DNA of 63,839 bases, counting the filler, from Fonticula-like sp. SCN 57-25 (taxonomy: Eukaryota), in NCBI GenBank assembly GCA_001724245.1. It is 3 parts of 3 records of this genome, joined end to end, with 100 filler letters (N's around TTAATTAATTAA, not from the genome) between each part and the next. Parts side by side here need not be neighbours in the genome. Positions count along the whole stretch, not along the records: positions 1 to 21,590 come from MEDX01000080.1; 2 more parts are not named here. One strand, written 5' to 3'. The notes below the pieces were generated by a model. It searched no databases and was not told where the DNA came from. It worked only from the letters and a program-made list of their open reading frames with translations. Shown here piece by piece: positions 1 through 13,982 of this stretch (position 1 is the first letter of the stretch; every line of letters begins with the position of its first letter). Both the position numbers and the translations under genes were made by a program.

Positions 1-620
1 CTTTCCGTTGAACGTGTGCCTTTGATTTTTCCACGAATCAGAGAGCTTCAACGTGTTCAGGATCGGAATTTTCGGACGCTTTTTGCAAACTTTTGCGGTA
101 TTTTGCCAGGGCCGTAAGGGTGGACCATATGGAAAACGAGGAGAATATAGCGTGAAAGAGTAGAACAAAGATTTATTGATCAAGAATCTTTCACAGGACG
201 CGTTCGGTACTGTAAAACGCCCCGAAGTGTACAATGAAATAAACTGAAACATCATCTATGATTCAATTGGATAGGTCTTGGTGAAGACTTTGGCTAGAAA
301 CCGATTTTCTTTTGGAATCTTTTCCCGTTAGAGTCAGAGTCTTTTCTTTTTTACCAAACAGGCTTCATCTGCGTAGCAAGCTAACTCATGAAACAGCTGC
401 TCAAAAATCATCATACACGGGCACAAATCCCGCTTGAATATCTCGTCATCACAGATTGAACGCGAAATGAAGCAAATATCACATGCACAACTGCTTGCGG
501 CCGTTCAACGTTATTGACCGAAAAGCCATGTTCACCGCAATCGTTTCTATCATTGTGTGCTTATCGGTCACTCTCGTTGAAACAGTTTATTGTTTAGCCA
601 AACACGCTTTATATATTGAA

Positions 621-1956
621 TTACTTTTTCTTTTTGCTGTCAGGCTTGTATCCCTGCTGCTTGTTGCCGTAATACTGCAAGAAGCCAATCTTATCCTCCA
701 CGGTCGCTCTTGTCCTGCGCACGCGGAGCATCTGCACGAGGCAGGTTCCCCAGTGGAGAGCGTTGTTGACGCTCTTGTCGGCGTCCGCAGGGACGGCCGA
801 CTCTGCCAGCGGGAGGTACAACACGTGGAGGTTATTGCTGGGCTGGCAGAGCAGGCGGAACACGTGCAGCGCGGCGCTGCCGGCAGAGTAGACGGGCGAA
901 AAGTCATTGTACGGATACCTAAACAGTTGTGAGCCGTGCCTCTAGCGCGAGAAATAGCGCACTTGAAGGCGATAAGCTGCACCTTGGTGCCAGCGGGATA
1001 GTCAACCTGCTCCAGGACGGGCGCGAACGACATGACAGAGAGGCCGTTCGAAGTGGTGCCTTCGGGGAACACAACGACCGGACCAAGGCTGCCCTTGCGG
1101 GCCGCGGCAAGAACGTCGGCCAGCGGCTCCAGAACGGCGTCCTGCGGGGCAGCAAGCACGGGAGCACCGAACGAGCGGCGCAGAGCAGTGATCCACGAGA
1201 TGCGCTCAACGAGGCCAGGTGCCAGATCCTGGGCGTTGTCGGCCTGGCGCTGGTAGGCGTGAACAAAGGTGGGGGTGAACCTGCGAGAAAACCGTCAGTA
1301 AACGCAGGCAAAGTCAATCCATAATAAAGATTACCTGAATTGAAGGTACAAAACATCAATATACGAGACGTGGTTTGCAATGATCAGATCGCCAGAGCCG
1401 ATCTCTGACGCCAGGGCGCCCGCCGAGCCTTCCGAGTGCCGCCTGAACGCATGGTGTCAATAGGGGTAAGTTCAAATGAATGAGTGGCGCACCCGCGCAG
1501 CAGAGAGGCACGAGACGAAGAAATCCACCAAAAACCACTGAATAGAAGCAGTGCGCGCGCGCCCATTGAGTTTGTGTACCGCGAAAACGCACGCCTCAGC
1601 GGTGCGATGGGGATCTGGCACTGGTCAGTACGACGATTGAGCGCAAGCGTCCCGTACAATGTTGGCAATGGCGTTCACGAGGACCATCCACAGAGACACA
1701 ATAATGACAAAGGGACCGCGCAGAATAGCAAGCACAGGGCCGAATAGGTAGTTCTTGAGGGCGACAAGCGCGCCGCCGCTCGACTGTAGCAATGACGTAA
1801 GTGACATGGACAACGCGTAAAACGTCGCATACCTTGAGCGGCAAGAACGGCTGAATGCCAGTTCCCGCATCCTGTTAAGCACCCACAGACGCTCTATTAG
1901 CTATTTAAGGCTACCGCACGCGCATCCCGCACCGTGAACCTGCTGTACTTCTCCAT
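621..1956 (-). CDS. LOA1: Lysophosphatidic acid acyltransferase, Loa1/Vps66-like (PlsC family), multi-exon
   Basis: Spliced N-terminus MEKYSRFT|DAGTGIQPFLPLK matches the Vps66/Loa1 MEKY..D.GTGI.PFLP motif; hydrophobic segment; acyltransferase motif VVVFPEGTTSNG; ends KPDSKKKK*. Confidence 0.8.
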
Positions 1957-2082
1957 CCCCGCGACCTGCACCGACCTGCACAGTCAGCACCAAGTGAGTC
2001 AGCAGACCAAGCAGGGCTGCCACAAGCCTGTTGATCGTCAGTTGTGGATCGTCCCCAGGTTTACCGCCATCTGTGACGCCAA

Positions 2083-5000
2083 ATGGCGGCAGATGCGGTG
2101 GCGGCCTCCGCCCGTGCTCCGGGAGAGGCCGCGCTATGGCGCTTGTTTCAAGAATACGACAGGACACCCAACGCCAAAGTGCGTATTGTATGTTTGCGCC
2201 GCTCGATCTCTGACGATTGCGCCAGGACAAGGAGGCGCGTCTAGAAGAGGTCTTGTTAGCGTTCAACCAGACGTTCCAGGCAGGGCAGCTCGATGTCGAG
2301 GTTCTCCCTTACAGGTTTGCTAAGCTTTGTAGGGTTGCATGTGATGCTAATGTTGCCTAGGTTCCCGTTTGCCGGGACGTGGATGCGCGATCTGTGCGTC
2401 TACTTTGTGTCGTGCCTGGACGACCTGCGGGCCAACCCGCCAGAGGTACGCCGCGCGTTGCGGATGAGTAGCGTTTGCTCAGTTACATGAACAGGGAGTT
2501 GAAAACAGCCAGGAGGCGGTGGTGAGCCTGCTGACGGGGAAAGAGGGCTTTCGGAATGGAAAGCAGGTCCTCATTGCGCTGGAGCTCCTGTCATCTTCGG
2601 TGCGTTTCCGCGATTCATTGATGTTGCGGCAACTGATGCGTCATCTCGCAGACCAAGGTGCTCGCAATGAACGCGACCCCCGTTAGCTTTCCTCCGCTGC
2701 TCGTTGGGCTTTTGGAGTTTACCATTGCCTGGATGGCGCATCCGACACGCCTCGAGTACACAGAGCCGCTCTCGAGCGTCTATTTTTTGCTACTTAGGAT
2801 AATTGGCAAACTGTGCCGCCGCGGCTATCTCTGTGAGACTGTTGTATCCAGTCCGTTCATGGCCATTGGCGACTTTATTCTTCTTTTGCAGGTACGTCTT
2901 GCAGCGATGACTGTTTACGTTGTCTCATATTACTAGCACCCCGATCTGGCCACCGAGGCGGCGTCGATGGGCGCCACGCGCTCGACGCTGTGGGAGCTTT
3001 CCCTAAAGGTGCGCGTGACTTTTGTTTGTCGTAAGATGCTGAATGTGAGATTAGGTCGATCGTCTGCCTGGAGTGCATGCGATGCAGCGCGCTGTTCTTG
3101 CAGCGTACACGCACCTCGCAGACCATCTTTGCATGCAGTCGTCGGGGGTCGATACTCTTTGCGATCTACAATTTGTCCCCCGCATGATTTATACATTGAG
3201 GGCGCGCGCGTCAGAGGCGCCCGCCGTATGCCTCGACGCGACCGACCTTCTCGTGCGGACGGTGCTCACAGCCTCGCAGCTTTCGCCCAGAATGGTGATG
3301 GAGCTGCGTCGCACAAATGGTCCGTCTCAATGCCGTGCTTGTTTTGCTCACATACTGCCACAGCCTACAACACGATGGTTGACGTGGCGCTTTGGATGGA
3401 AGAGTTTGGCGGCCTCAATGACACGGCCCATTTCTTGGGCACCTTTTGGCGTGTCCGCGTGGTCGGGTCGCCGCTCAAGATCGAGCCCGATCCGGATGTG
3501 CTTTCCACGCGGCCAACGCCCCTGAACCGGCCCCGTACGACTTGCTGATCCTTTTTACCGTATCCTGACAATGGGTTTTTGCCAGAGCTTCCAAAGGGCA
3601 CGTTTGACCCAGGAGTTCACATCGACTCGCTCGAGACAGTTAGCGCATGGCTGGATATTTTTTCGCGCGCCAAAACAGTCGCTGTGCAGCGTCTTTTGCT
3701 TGCTTACGTACGCCGATTGAACCCGCCTAATTCATGTACTCACGTCCGACTAGCTCTACGACGCGTTTGTGGTCAGCACGATGAATTACGCGAGGGTGCA
3801 GTCGCTGCCGGTCTGCAAGGTGCTTCTTTCGTCGCTGTCGACGACGGACCTGGCCGTCAAGGCGGACATTTTGCGGATATTTTCGCTTTTGCTAAACGAC
3901 GGCTACCAGCTAATAGCTGCCATTGCCATCTACGTGGCCCAGCTCAACAGTGTGTACCGCTATATTTCGCAATGCGCAACTAACGATTTTTTGTAGCGTC
4001 AAGCGTTCATACGGCGCTCATGCTCATCCAGCATATGCTGATGCAGATCGGCCAAACGCCCGCGCTTCGCGCCCAGCTCGTGCAGGCCGGCGTGATTCCC
4101 CTCGTACTCTCGTTTGTGATTGTGGCGTCGCAATCACCGTTGCGTCCGTCGTTGAAGGCAAACACGCGCGACATTAGCCTATCAATCGACGTTCTCACGG
4201 GTACGCGCTGCTATTTCGAGCCTCTTGTTTCTTATTTTTTCCGGTTTAGCCATTTCGCGCAGCGGTTACTACACCTCGCCGCGCGAGCTTTTCGAGTCGC
4301 ACAGCCACGAGCAGCACGACCTTCCGCAGGACGGCGAACTGCTGGAAGGCGAGGTGTCGTCTGTTTTGAACGAGCTGACGTTCCTGGCCCTTCAGCTGCT
4401 TCTTGCTGTTCTCGAAGAGTCGGCCAACCACACGAGCGCTCAAACGAGCGCCCTGCTTCACCGGGTACGCATGATGGTTGTTTCTGTGCTGCTTCTGACG
4501 AATTTCGCAGATTTTCCCGCTCACTCGTGACCCTGTCCTGCGTGCGGGCGCGCTGAATCTTATCGAGCGCCTCTCTGCGGTTTATCAGCAGGACAGCGGC
4601 GACATTGTTGGCGGTGCGTATCAAATTTACCGCACTATTTTATGCTTACGGTTTCCTTAGGATTGCTTGCCGAGCTCAATACCGCCGGCGAGCCGCAGAT
4701 GCTCGAGGCAGCTCGCTGCACTCAGCCGCACATTCTCGACCTACGCAAAGTACGGTTGCTTATTTTCTTTATCGCTTGCTCATTGTGACTCCAGGATGTT
4801 GCTCGATCGCTTGCGTCGATCCTGTCGACGGGCCGCCGTCTGCAGACGTCGTTTGGTGACCGCGGCGGATTCGAATTGATGACCACGCAGCTCCGCATTC
4901 TCACGCAGCAGTGCGAGTCGCTCCCCCCGCCGACCGCCGCCACGTGGGACGATCGCAGCGTGATTCATTTCAAGGCCGTCGAGCTCATCCTGGAGATGCT

Positions 5001-8000
5001 CTACACGCTGTCGTTTGCACTCAAGGACCACCAGGACAACCGCCGGCGCTTTGTTGACATTGACCGCTTTGAGACGCTTTTTGTGGCCCTCAAGAGCTCG
5101 TTCTTGCACACGCCCGCCATCGAGCTCCGCATCTGCGAGGCGCTGTTCCACATGGCGGTGCGCGTGGGATGGCCATTCTTTACCGACGTTCCGTTTTTCC
5201 ACGAGGGGCTGCGCAACATCTCGCCGTTCCTCCGCCTTCGGATTCACTCCAAGGACTATAGCGCAGCTGCCCTGGCGCCGTACTTTGCCTCCACCATGGA
5301 GATTCCGGTTGTGCTAGCGGCCTTCCGCACGTACCTGGAAACGCATGTGCCCGAAAAGGGGAAGCTTTTGCTGCTCTTTGGCTTGCTTCAGCGGTACCGC
5401 TCGGTCAAGGGAACGTCCATCTTGGCCGGAAAGGAGCGCGAGCGCATGCTTGCGGTTGCCAAGACCATGGTCGCAGGGTTCCCCGCGCTCAACGATCTTT
5501 TGACCCCTTTGATTTCTGCCCTGCCGTCCGTGGACTGCCTGGACTCTTTGCGGAGTGCCGTCGAAGTTCAGCTCGCGGACGACACCTTTTCTGAATTTTT
5601 GGAGCAGTACTGCGAGTCGATCTCGCCGCTGTCGATGAAGCGCGACTGCGCGCACTCGATGCGCGCCATCGTGATTGAGAGCCCCGAGCTGATTGGCGTC
5701 GCGGTTCGCCTCCTGAGCGCGTACTACGGCGCTTGGCGGCAGGCGCAACTGGCGCCAAAGACGGTGGCGGGACAAAAGCCCGATCGGCAAGTTCGGCGCG
5801 GTCATTCGCTCCTCTCTCTCTCGCCTTCGCTGCACGTGTCGGACGCTGTGCTGTTCAAGATTATGATTTCGTACATGCTGGAGCAGCTGCCGCTCATCGC
5901 CGGCGCCCTGCCGAGTAATCTTGCAATCTTATGCAACTACGGGCTGGTCAGCGTCGTCGTGACGTCCTTTTCCGACGCGCTGCAGGACGCCAACGTGTTT
6001 ATCCAGCCGCAGCTGTTGAATGTTATTTCGCAGCTCGCTCGTCATCGCATGTCCAACGTCGAGCTTAGGCAGATTCTCGAGTTGCTGCGCGGGCCAGAGT
6101 ACCCGACCAACTTTTTGAGCACGCTCGTGGGTATTGCCGAGCACCAGCACAACGAGAGCGCACTTCCACGCCACTATATCGGTACGCATTGTAGATATTG
6201 GTGATATTTGGCTCACTGTCGTGTAGATTTCAATTCGGTGCTTGAGGGGCATGGTGCGATAGAGATGCCGCTAAAGGACGTTCTATGGCCGCCGCCCAAG
6301 AGGTGCGATTTCTCCTTTGACCAAGCCAGTCTCTAACGATTGCGTGTAGTTTTGTTATTGCCTTTTGGGTTTGCATTGTTGGGCGTGTGGGTTACAGCAC
6401 GCCCGGCTACAATATTTGCCTGCTGCAGATGGACGGCGGAGGCAGTGGTCCGATCACGTTCCGCGTCGGAATCCGCGACAAGGTGCTGTACATCATCAAC
6501 AGCGAGGAGGAAGTCCAGTTCAATGGCTTCGAGTTTGACGAGGACATTTGGTACCACGTGGTCGTTCAGCATTCGCGGTCGCGCGTCGTTGCTCGCAAGG
6601 CGAGTGGCCGCGCGTCGCTCTGGGTGCAGGGCATCAAGCGGGATGACGTGGCGCTTGCCTACCCGGCAGCAGGCTCTGTGCCGACGATTCGGCTCATCTG
6701 CAACCCCAAGATCTCGCACCTCGTGCACGAAAACAGCTCGCACAGCTGGCAAGTCGGCAATGTTCAGGTGTTTGACGACACGCTCTTGAGCGAAGTGGAC
6801 GGTATGCTTGCCTACTTTGTGTCTTTTTGTTGACGAACTTTTCCAGTGTTTCTTCTCTTTGCGCTCGGGCCGAATTATGTGGGCGAGTTTACCGAGACAC
6901 TTGACCAGTTCCAGACATACGACCTTTTGTCTGCGTCCAATATTTCGCTGTACCGCTCGCACCTCGAGCTGCTCAACAATATCGGCCAGTTTTCCCTCGC
7001 GCCGCTCGCCGACCGCTACCTCTTGCTGTTTAACGCGCGCGACTGCTGTACGAACACACGTTTGCTGCTATGATCTCTGACTCGTGATTTTTGAAGCCGT
7101 TCTGCAGCACTACATGGCCATTTCGCCAAACACCGAGTTTGTGCTGACGCAGGCGCGCTCGTTGTCCTACGCGTCGGCCTCGCTCGTTGGCGGCGCGGCG
7201 TATCGCAACCAGCGCGGCATGAGCGAGGCGGTGGTCGACATTGGCGGTATCGGCGTGTTCGTGTACCTCGTCGCCCGCTCGTCGGTGCGTACTTTGAGTT
7301 GTACGTGGATGTTTCTGACTTTTTGTCGCAGGATGTCTGCAACGCAATGCGACTGTGTCATTCGCTGCTCAAGCACAACCCGCTCACGACAGCTCAGATG
7401 AGGAACATTCAGGGATTCGACATGCTGGGCAAGTTTATGCGCACAGAAAAGTGCGAGCTCAATGCCGAGCTGCTGCAAGTAGCGCTTCAGATGGCGTGTG
7501 CGTTCATTGAGCGCGACCGCTCTGTTGGCCCGAGCCGCGCGGTCGAGATGGAGAAGGGCATGGCGCACTGCAGCATTATCATCAATGCGCCGGCTTTCAA
7601 GAGCTTGCTGCTCGACTGGCGCATTTGGAGGCGCGCTCCCGACGACTTTAAGGCCGCCTTGTTTGAGAACTTGGTTATGCTCATCATTGACAATGTTTAC
7701 GCCGAGATGAACGTGCAGCAGATGCGCGCCGTTGGTACGCATTTAGCTTTTTGCTGCTTTCGTGCTGACAACATTGTTATGCAGACGCACTCGGCCAGCT
7801 GCTCTTTATGTTTCAAGAGGAAGAGTTTTACCCCGCCCCCGTGGTGCCTCCGATGGTCGCTCTCGTCCGCTGCCTCCTCACGAGCCCGCCCTCGACGGCC
7901 GAAGTGCACGCCCTCGTAAACTACATTGTCGGCTCGCATCGCACGACCGACAGCTTTACGACGTCTTTCCGCGTGGCGCAGGTCCGCCGCATTGGCCGGA

Positions 8001-11000
8001 TGAATTCCGAGTCGCTGAGCAGCATCTCGATGGACTCGATCAACGAGCCTCCGACGCCGCTCATCAGGGAGCCGCCGATGCCCGCCGCTTCCGCTGCGTC
8101 GCGCACCGGCGTATCAGTCCGCGAAGCCGTTCTTCAAATGCTGCTTGGTGCGTATTCGTATGAATATTTGGTTTTTCTAACATTGCGATAGACCTGATGA
8201 TTACGCATGGTGATGTTTTGGTTGAGGAAGTTGCAAGCCAGCTCAATGCCGAGGCGCTGCTCGCCTTGATCAGTCACGAGAGCCTTGCGACGCGCGTGCT
8301 GCTGCTGCAGATTTTGGATGTGTTTATCCACACGCCCTCTCTCGGCGTCATCCCCAAGCTGTCGCGCGTGAACGGCTTCCAGCTGCTGGCGAACCAGCTC
8401 AGGCAGCACAATGTCAACGAGGAGATTATGGACCTGCTCTTTTCCATGACGCAGCACATCCCCGTCTTCCCGAACGTGCCGCATCGCAAGAAGCCCGTTG
8501 TCGCTGTTCCCACCCTGCGCCGACAGAACGACGCTGACGCGCACAAAACGGCCGCCGTGCGTTGGAAGCTTACATATTTTATGTTTATTTACTGATTTTG
8601 ACAGGCCGCGTTTATTTCGGTTGTCATCAACATCGTGGACAATACGCGATACGACACGCCGCTCTGGCTGAGGACAATGTCGCGCCTGAGCGAGCTTTTC
8701 CAGACGAACACTGCAGTGCAGGAACTCATGTTCCAGGAGGCGTACGTCGACCCGCTCTGCGACCTGCTGGGAGTCGGCGACGACTCTGACCTTCTCCAGG
8801 AGGCGGACTCTAGCCTTCAGAGGTACAACTGGCTGACCATTAAACGTCGTTTCTAACGTAGTTTTCTAGCGCTGTGTTTCCTGAGAGCCCTGGTTCGACC
8901 ACGCCTGGCCGCCGACCGCCCAACTTTGATTCGAGTGCGGATGGGTCGTCGAGGCCGCCGTCGCCCGACCTGTCGACTGGAGCTGAGCCGCCGACGCTGT
9001 TTGACTCATCCATGGTGGGTTTGCAACGGCAGGCTTCGCGCCACGACAGTCAGCTTGCCATGGTGCGCTGCTATTATTTGCCTTTCTTTTCTGACCTTTT
9101 TAAACAGCCGATGTCGACTCCGCTCGAGTCGGTCCCGCCCGTCATCGACACGTCGCGGCCGGTTTTCCGCGAGGATTCGTCGGAAAAGGACATGGACGTT
9201 GTTGAGCTGCTCCAGCTGATTGCAGTGACCGGATGCCGCCAGCGCCACTTTAACGTGCTGGAAGAAATCCTAACATCGCTCCTTCGCCTGGACGGTTCAC
9301 GCAACACGGCGGGCGGCCTTTCAAAGGCCAAGGTCTTGCAGTACGATTTTTACAAGCGTTGGTTTACGTGTACTGACTGTGTGAATTGCAGCTTGCAACG
9401 GCTGGTTCTCTCGGCTGTTCTGTTGTACAGCAAGGAGCGCGAGGCCGAGGGCTTTTTCGTGTCGGTTAGCACCATGGCCGTAGAGCACATTATGTGGGCC
9501 AGCGGCAGCGGCCGCGCAGCAACGGGTTCGGCGACGCCAGCCAGTGATCTCAACGCAGCGCTGCCTGTCGGCCCCGGCCCGGACGACGACGAGTTCCGGT
9601 TCATCCAGTTTGTGTTTGGTTGCCTCACGGGTGCGATTTTTGTCGTGTTAATCATTCAGTACTTATTCTCGCTTTCGCAGGCAACATGCATCCGTCAAAG
9701 GAGGAGACGTCGGGCGTCGAATTTTTGCCGTTTTTCGCTATCCAGATGGCGCTTCACTCGCAGCGGGTATGCACTTTACAACCTAACACATCTCGTAGCT
9801 AACGTAATGATAGACGCGCCTGATTCTGCATCTCTTGTCGCCCGCCTCTCCTGTGGCCTATCGCGAGTTTGTCATTTTGCAGCTGGCGGGCCTTCAGACC
9901 GAGCTCGAGACGGACGCGCAGTTCAAGGTCATGCTTGTGCGGTATGCGACGGATATGCTTTACGCTCCGTTCAAGCCCAAGGTTCGCCACGCGGCTGCCA
10001 AGCTGCTTGCCATGGCGCTTCGCCGCAACGACAAGCTCTTCCAAGCCGCGTACGAGGGCGGCCATAACCCGATGCTGACGGACGCCCCGCCCGGCTTCAA
10101 TGCTGCATATCTGCAGGAAGTCCACGCCGAGGAGGAAAAGACGCGCGCTGCCGAGCTGCGCTGGCGTGCTGAGCGCCTCGAGGGAACGCGCAAAAAGGAG
10201 TCTGCGATCCGCAAGCAGAAGCAGGTACTTCGCAACGACATTCTGCAGCGCTCCGCGTCCATGATGAACATGCAGCACCGCCGCCTCAAGCACCACTACC
10301 AGCAGATTGCCATTGCTCACGACGGCGACCGCGCTGTCGAGCGCCGCTGGCGGTCCCTGATCCAGGTGATGACGCACCCGCGCGGCGTCTGGGCGGCGCC
10401 CCGCGACCTCTCCACGTTCACCTGGACGACTGACCGCACCGAGGGGCCGTCGCGCAAGCGCTCGCGCCTTGTCCTTTCAGACAGGCCGATGCCGTTCCTT
10501 GTGCCGCGCAATTTCGCGCCAGGAAGCCACGACCCGGGTATGTTTCCCGCGCCGGCGGCAGAGGACAAGGACGTGCCGTTTGACAACGAGCTGGCGACGC
10601 TCGCGCGTCTTCCGCACCTCTTTGACGACGTCGAGGATGCGCACCACAGCTCGAACACAAAGAGCCTGTCGCCAGAGGAGCGCCTCGTCCTCATGACGCC
10701 GTGCACGCGCATCACGCCCTTTGCACAGGTGCGTGAAACACTCTATTTCAAACATTTGCTAATGTTTTGCGTGGCAGACGTCGGTGGATTTGCTGATCAC
10801 GTCACACAGCGTGCATATCGTGGGCGACACTGCGCTGGAGCTCGTGCCGCCGCAGATCACCCAGGTTCCCACAGGTGCCTCGTTTAGCTTTTTTTTTTCT
10901 TTTGCTGACTTTTTCAAGATGGCGGGTCGGCAGTGGGCGTGCAGCGCAACCCGGCGTACCGTCGCGTCATGAGCGAGGGTTACGTCATCCTCGGCAACGC

Positions 11001-13354
11001 GACGATCAAGGAAGTGCACAAGCGCCGCTTTTTGCTGCTCAACGTCGCGCTCGAGATCTTTTTGACAAACGGCAAGACGTATCTCTTGGCGTTTGAAACG
11101 GTCGCGCAGCGCGACGCGGCCTATGACAAGGTGCGATATCGGCGAGCGTAGTTTTTTTTGCTGACTTATGCTTCACAGCTGCTGAGCGTCGACCTGCCAA
11201 ACAGGGCAAGCCTTGAGGACGAGATGGGCCGGGCGCAGTACCGCAAGCAGCTGACGTCGCGGTGGTGCAGCGGTCAGATGAGCAACTTTGAGTATCTGAT
11301 GTCGCTGAACACGCTGGCTGGTGCGCGCGCTCATCTGATTCGATGTTTTAAGCTAACCGGGTCCGTCCCAGGCCGCACGTTCAATGACCTCACGCAGTAC
11401 CCGGTGTTCCCGTTCATTCTAAAGGACTACACGTCGGCCTCGCTTGATCTGAGCAACCCGGCCGTATACCGCGACCTCACCAAGCCAATGGGCGCGCAGG
11501 ACGAGGCGCGCCTGGCAAAGTTCCTTGAAAAGTACAATTATCTGATTGATGCCGAGGAGGAGATTCCATACCACTATGGTTCCCACTATTCGAATGTCGG
11601 CTCGGTGCTGCACTTTTTGGTCCGGATTGAGCCGTTCACTCAGTTTTTCCTCGAGTTCCAAGGCGGTCGGTTTGACATTCCCGACCGCACGTTCCACTCG
11701 ATCCAGCAGACGTGGTACCTGTCGTCGGCCGGCTCGAGCACGGACGTCAAGGAGCTGATTCCCGAGTTCTTTTACTTTCCCGAGTTCCTCGTCAACATCA
11801 ACAACTTTGACTTTGGCGTGCGCCAGGACGACTCGCGCGTCGGCGATGTTGCGCTACCGCCGTGGGCCAAGAACAACACGCGGCTCTTTATCCAGCGCAA
11901 TCGCCAGGCGCTCGAGTCGCAGCACGTGTCGGAGCGCCTGCACCACTGGATCGACCTGATCTTTGGCTACAAGCAGACCGGCGAGGAGGCCGCGCGCGCC
12001 AACAACCTGTTCCACCCGCTCACCTACGAGGGGTACGACGTGACGGCCGCCGCCGAGGACGACGACCTCAAGAAGCAGGCGATGCTCGCGCAGATCTCGA
12101 GCTACGGCCAGACACCCACGCAGCTGTTTAGCAAGCCAGTGCGTGGTTTATATGGGTTGAATTTTGTGCTCACGCTTGCCGTTACTAGCACCCGCAGCGG
12201 CGCCACCCCGAGACCGCGCTGCTGTGCACGCTTGTGGGCAACCCGCAGGCCGACCTGTCGCTGCTGTGGAAGCGCGACGCCGGCGGACCGTGCACACACC
12301 TGCACTTTCAAGAGTCGACGCAGACGGTCTACATTCACGGTACGCGCCTCGCTGCACGCTGCCTTGTGCTGACACATGGCTTTAGGGCCGAACCGGATGG
12401 TGCTTCGACCGGACCTGACGCGGTACGCCTCGTGGAACCACTGGGACCGCAACCTGCGCATCTGCAGCGCCGACACGTTCAAGACGATCCAGACGGCCAG
12501 CACATACTCGGACGACGTGATTGTCTCGTGCTCAACGTCGTCGGACGGCAGCCTGCTCGTGGCCGGCGGCGTCTCGTCGCTCGTACACGTCTGGGAGATT
12601 GTCCGTGACAAGCGGTCCGACATTCGCTTCAAGGCGTCGCTCGCAGGACACATCGACGAGGTCACCTGCGTGCAGTACGCATCTTTTTTACCTTTTTATG
12701 CGCGTCTCACGCGCGATGTCACAGCATCTGCCAAGAGTTTTCGTTCATGGTGAGCGGCGGCGGGCGATCTGACCGCCGCGTCATCATCTGGGACCTCAAC
12801 ATGCTGACATGCATCCGGTCGCTGGAGCCGCTCCCGGGCCCCGCCGTCGCGCTCATCGTCAGCTCGCAAACGGTGCGCCACCTTTTGCTTTTGCAGCGTA
12901 TCTGACTTTTTCTTTTCAGGGCGATATCTTTTGTGTTGCGGATGTGGCTGCGGCGGGTGCGTCGAGCGACGATGAGCGCCGCGTGCGGAGCGAGCTCACG
13001 CAGTGGACCGTGAACGGCGGGCGCGTCGCGACGGTTCGCTCGACGGACCGCATCACGTGTCTCGCCGTGTCGAACGCGATGGAAGGCGTCAATGTGAACG
13101 TTGTGGTGGGCGGCCTCGAGTCGGGCGGCATTCAGATATGGTCCGCGTGGGACCTCTCGCCCGTCCGCAAGATCCTGGAGAGCAGTGTCTCGCCGATCGT
13201 GTCCATTGCGATCGGCTCCGAGGACTCGCTGCTGCTCGCAAGCAACCGCAACGGCGAGGTCTTTGCATGGGGGAGAAAGCAGGAGCGCGAAAGGAGGCGC
13301 ATTCTCGCAGGCGGGCTGTCGGCCGGCGCCATCCAGGCGGTGGTGATCCCGTAA
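2083..13354 (+). CDS. LYST: Lysosomal trafficking regulator LYST/LvsB-type BEACH protein (ARM-like N-terminus, ConA-like, PH-BEACH-WD40), many short introns
   Basis: BEACH segment [24 protein letters not shown]...[10 protein letters not shown]...[19 protein letters not shown] and C-terminal [35 protein letters not shown] closely follow LYST; PH segment [26 protein letters not shown]; start inferred at ATG 2083. Confidence 0.9.
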
Positions 13355-13454
13355 ATGGAATTGTTTTTGTAAATACGCAATATTTTATGATACTTATACA
13401 ATAGAAACATATAGAACAAGAATATTAAGGGCCATTGCAAAATGATACATGCGT

Positions 13455-13891
13455 CTAGTCAGTGTCCATGCGAGACTCATCCTTGGCGCCCGGCAACGTA
13501 GCGGACGCCAGGGCGGGCAACGCCGCAAACTGGGTAAGGAGATCCCTGCACCCGGGATTAGCACGGCAAGAGCGAGTGCATCGAGGCGCGCACTGCTTAA
13601 CCTTGATCAAAGACAGAGCTTCGTCGAGCACGCGCCGCTGGTCCTCCCGCGTGAGCTCGAGGCCCGGCATCTTTTCAATCTCGTCGTGGGCAGCCTGAAA
13701 GCGCTCAAACAGGTGCAGCACCTGGGCAAACAGTTAGGTCCAAAGCGGGTAGGAGTAAGGTTGCGAACCATGCGGCCGACTTCCGGAGGCTCACTTCCCG
13801 CCTCCAGCTTTTGTAGTAGGTCGAGGATGGACGGCAAGAACTGCATTGCCGGGTCAAAAACGGACCCCGGTGCCGGCGCCGACGATGCCAT
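13455..13891 (-). CDS. MED9: Mediator subunit 9-like, 3 exons
   Basis: FLPSILDLLQKL...LFERFQAAHDEIEKMPGLELTREDQRRVL...K..LL..F matches the Med9 pattern (FLP...MPG+..+.E.Q). Confidence 0.7.
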
Positions 13892-13982
13892 CGCTCCCCA
13901 GTCGCTCTCCCGACGCAGATGCAAACTGGCAGTGCAAACTGCAGGCGGCGATGCAAACTTGCGCGCAAACTGCGACGATGCC

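Noticed and set aside
13449-13982. 178-aa N-terminal extension of the 637-aa Rit1 ORF
   Set aside because: It is the antisense of MED9; Rit1 similarity begins at MTASLRDRLLSI.
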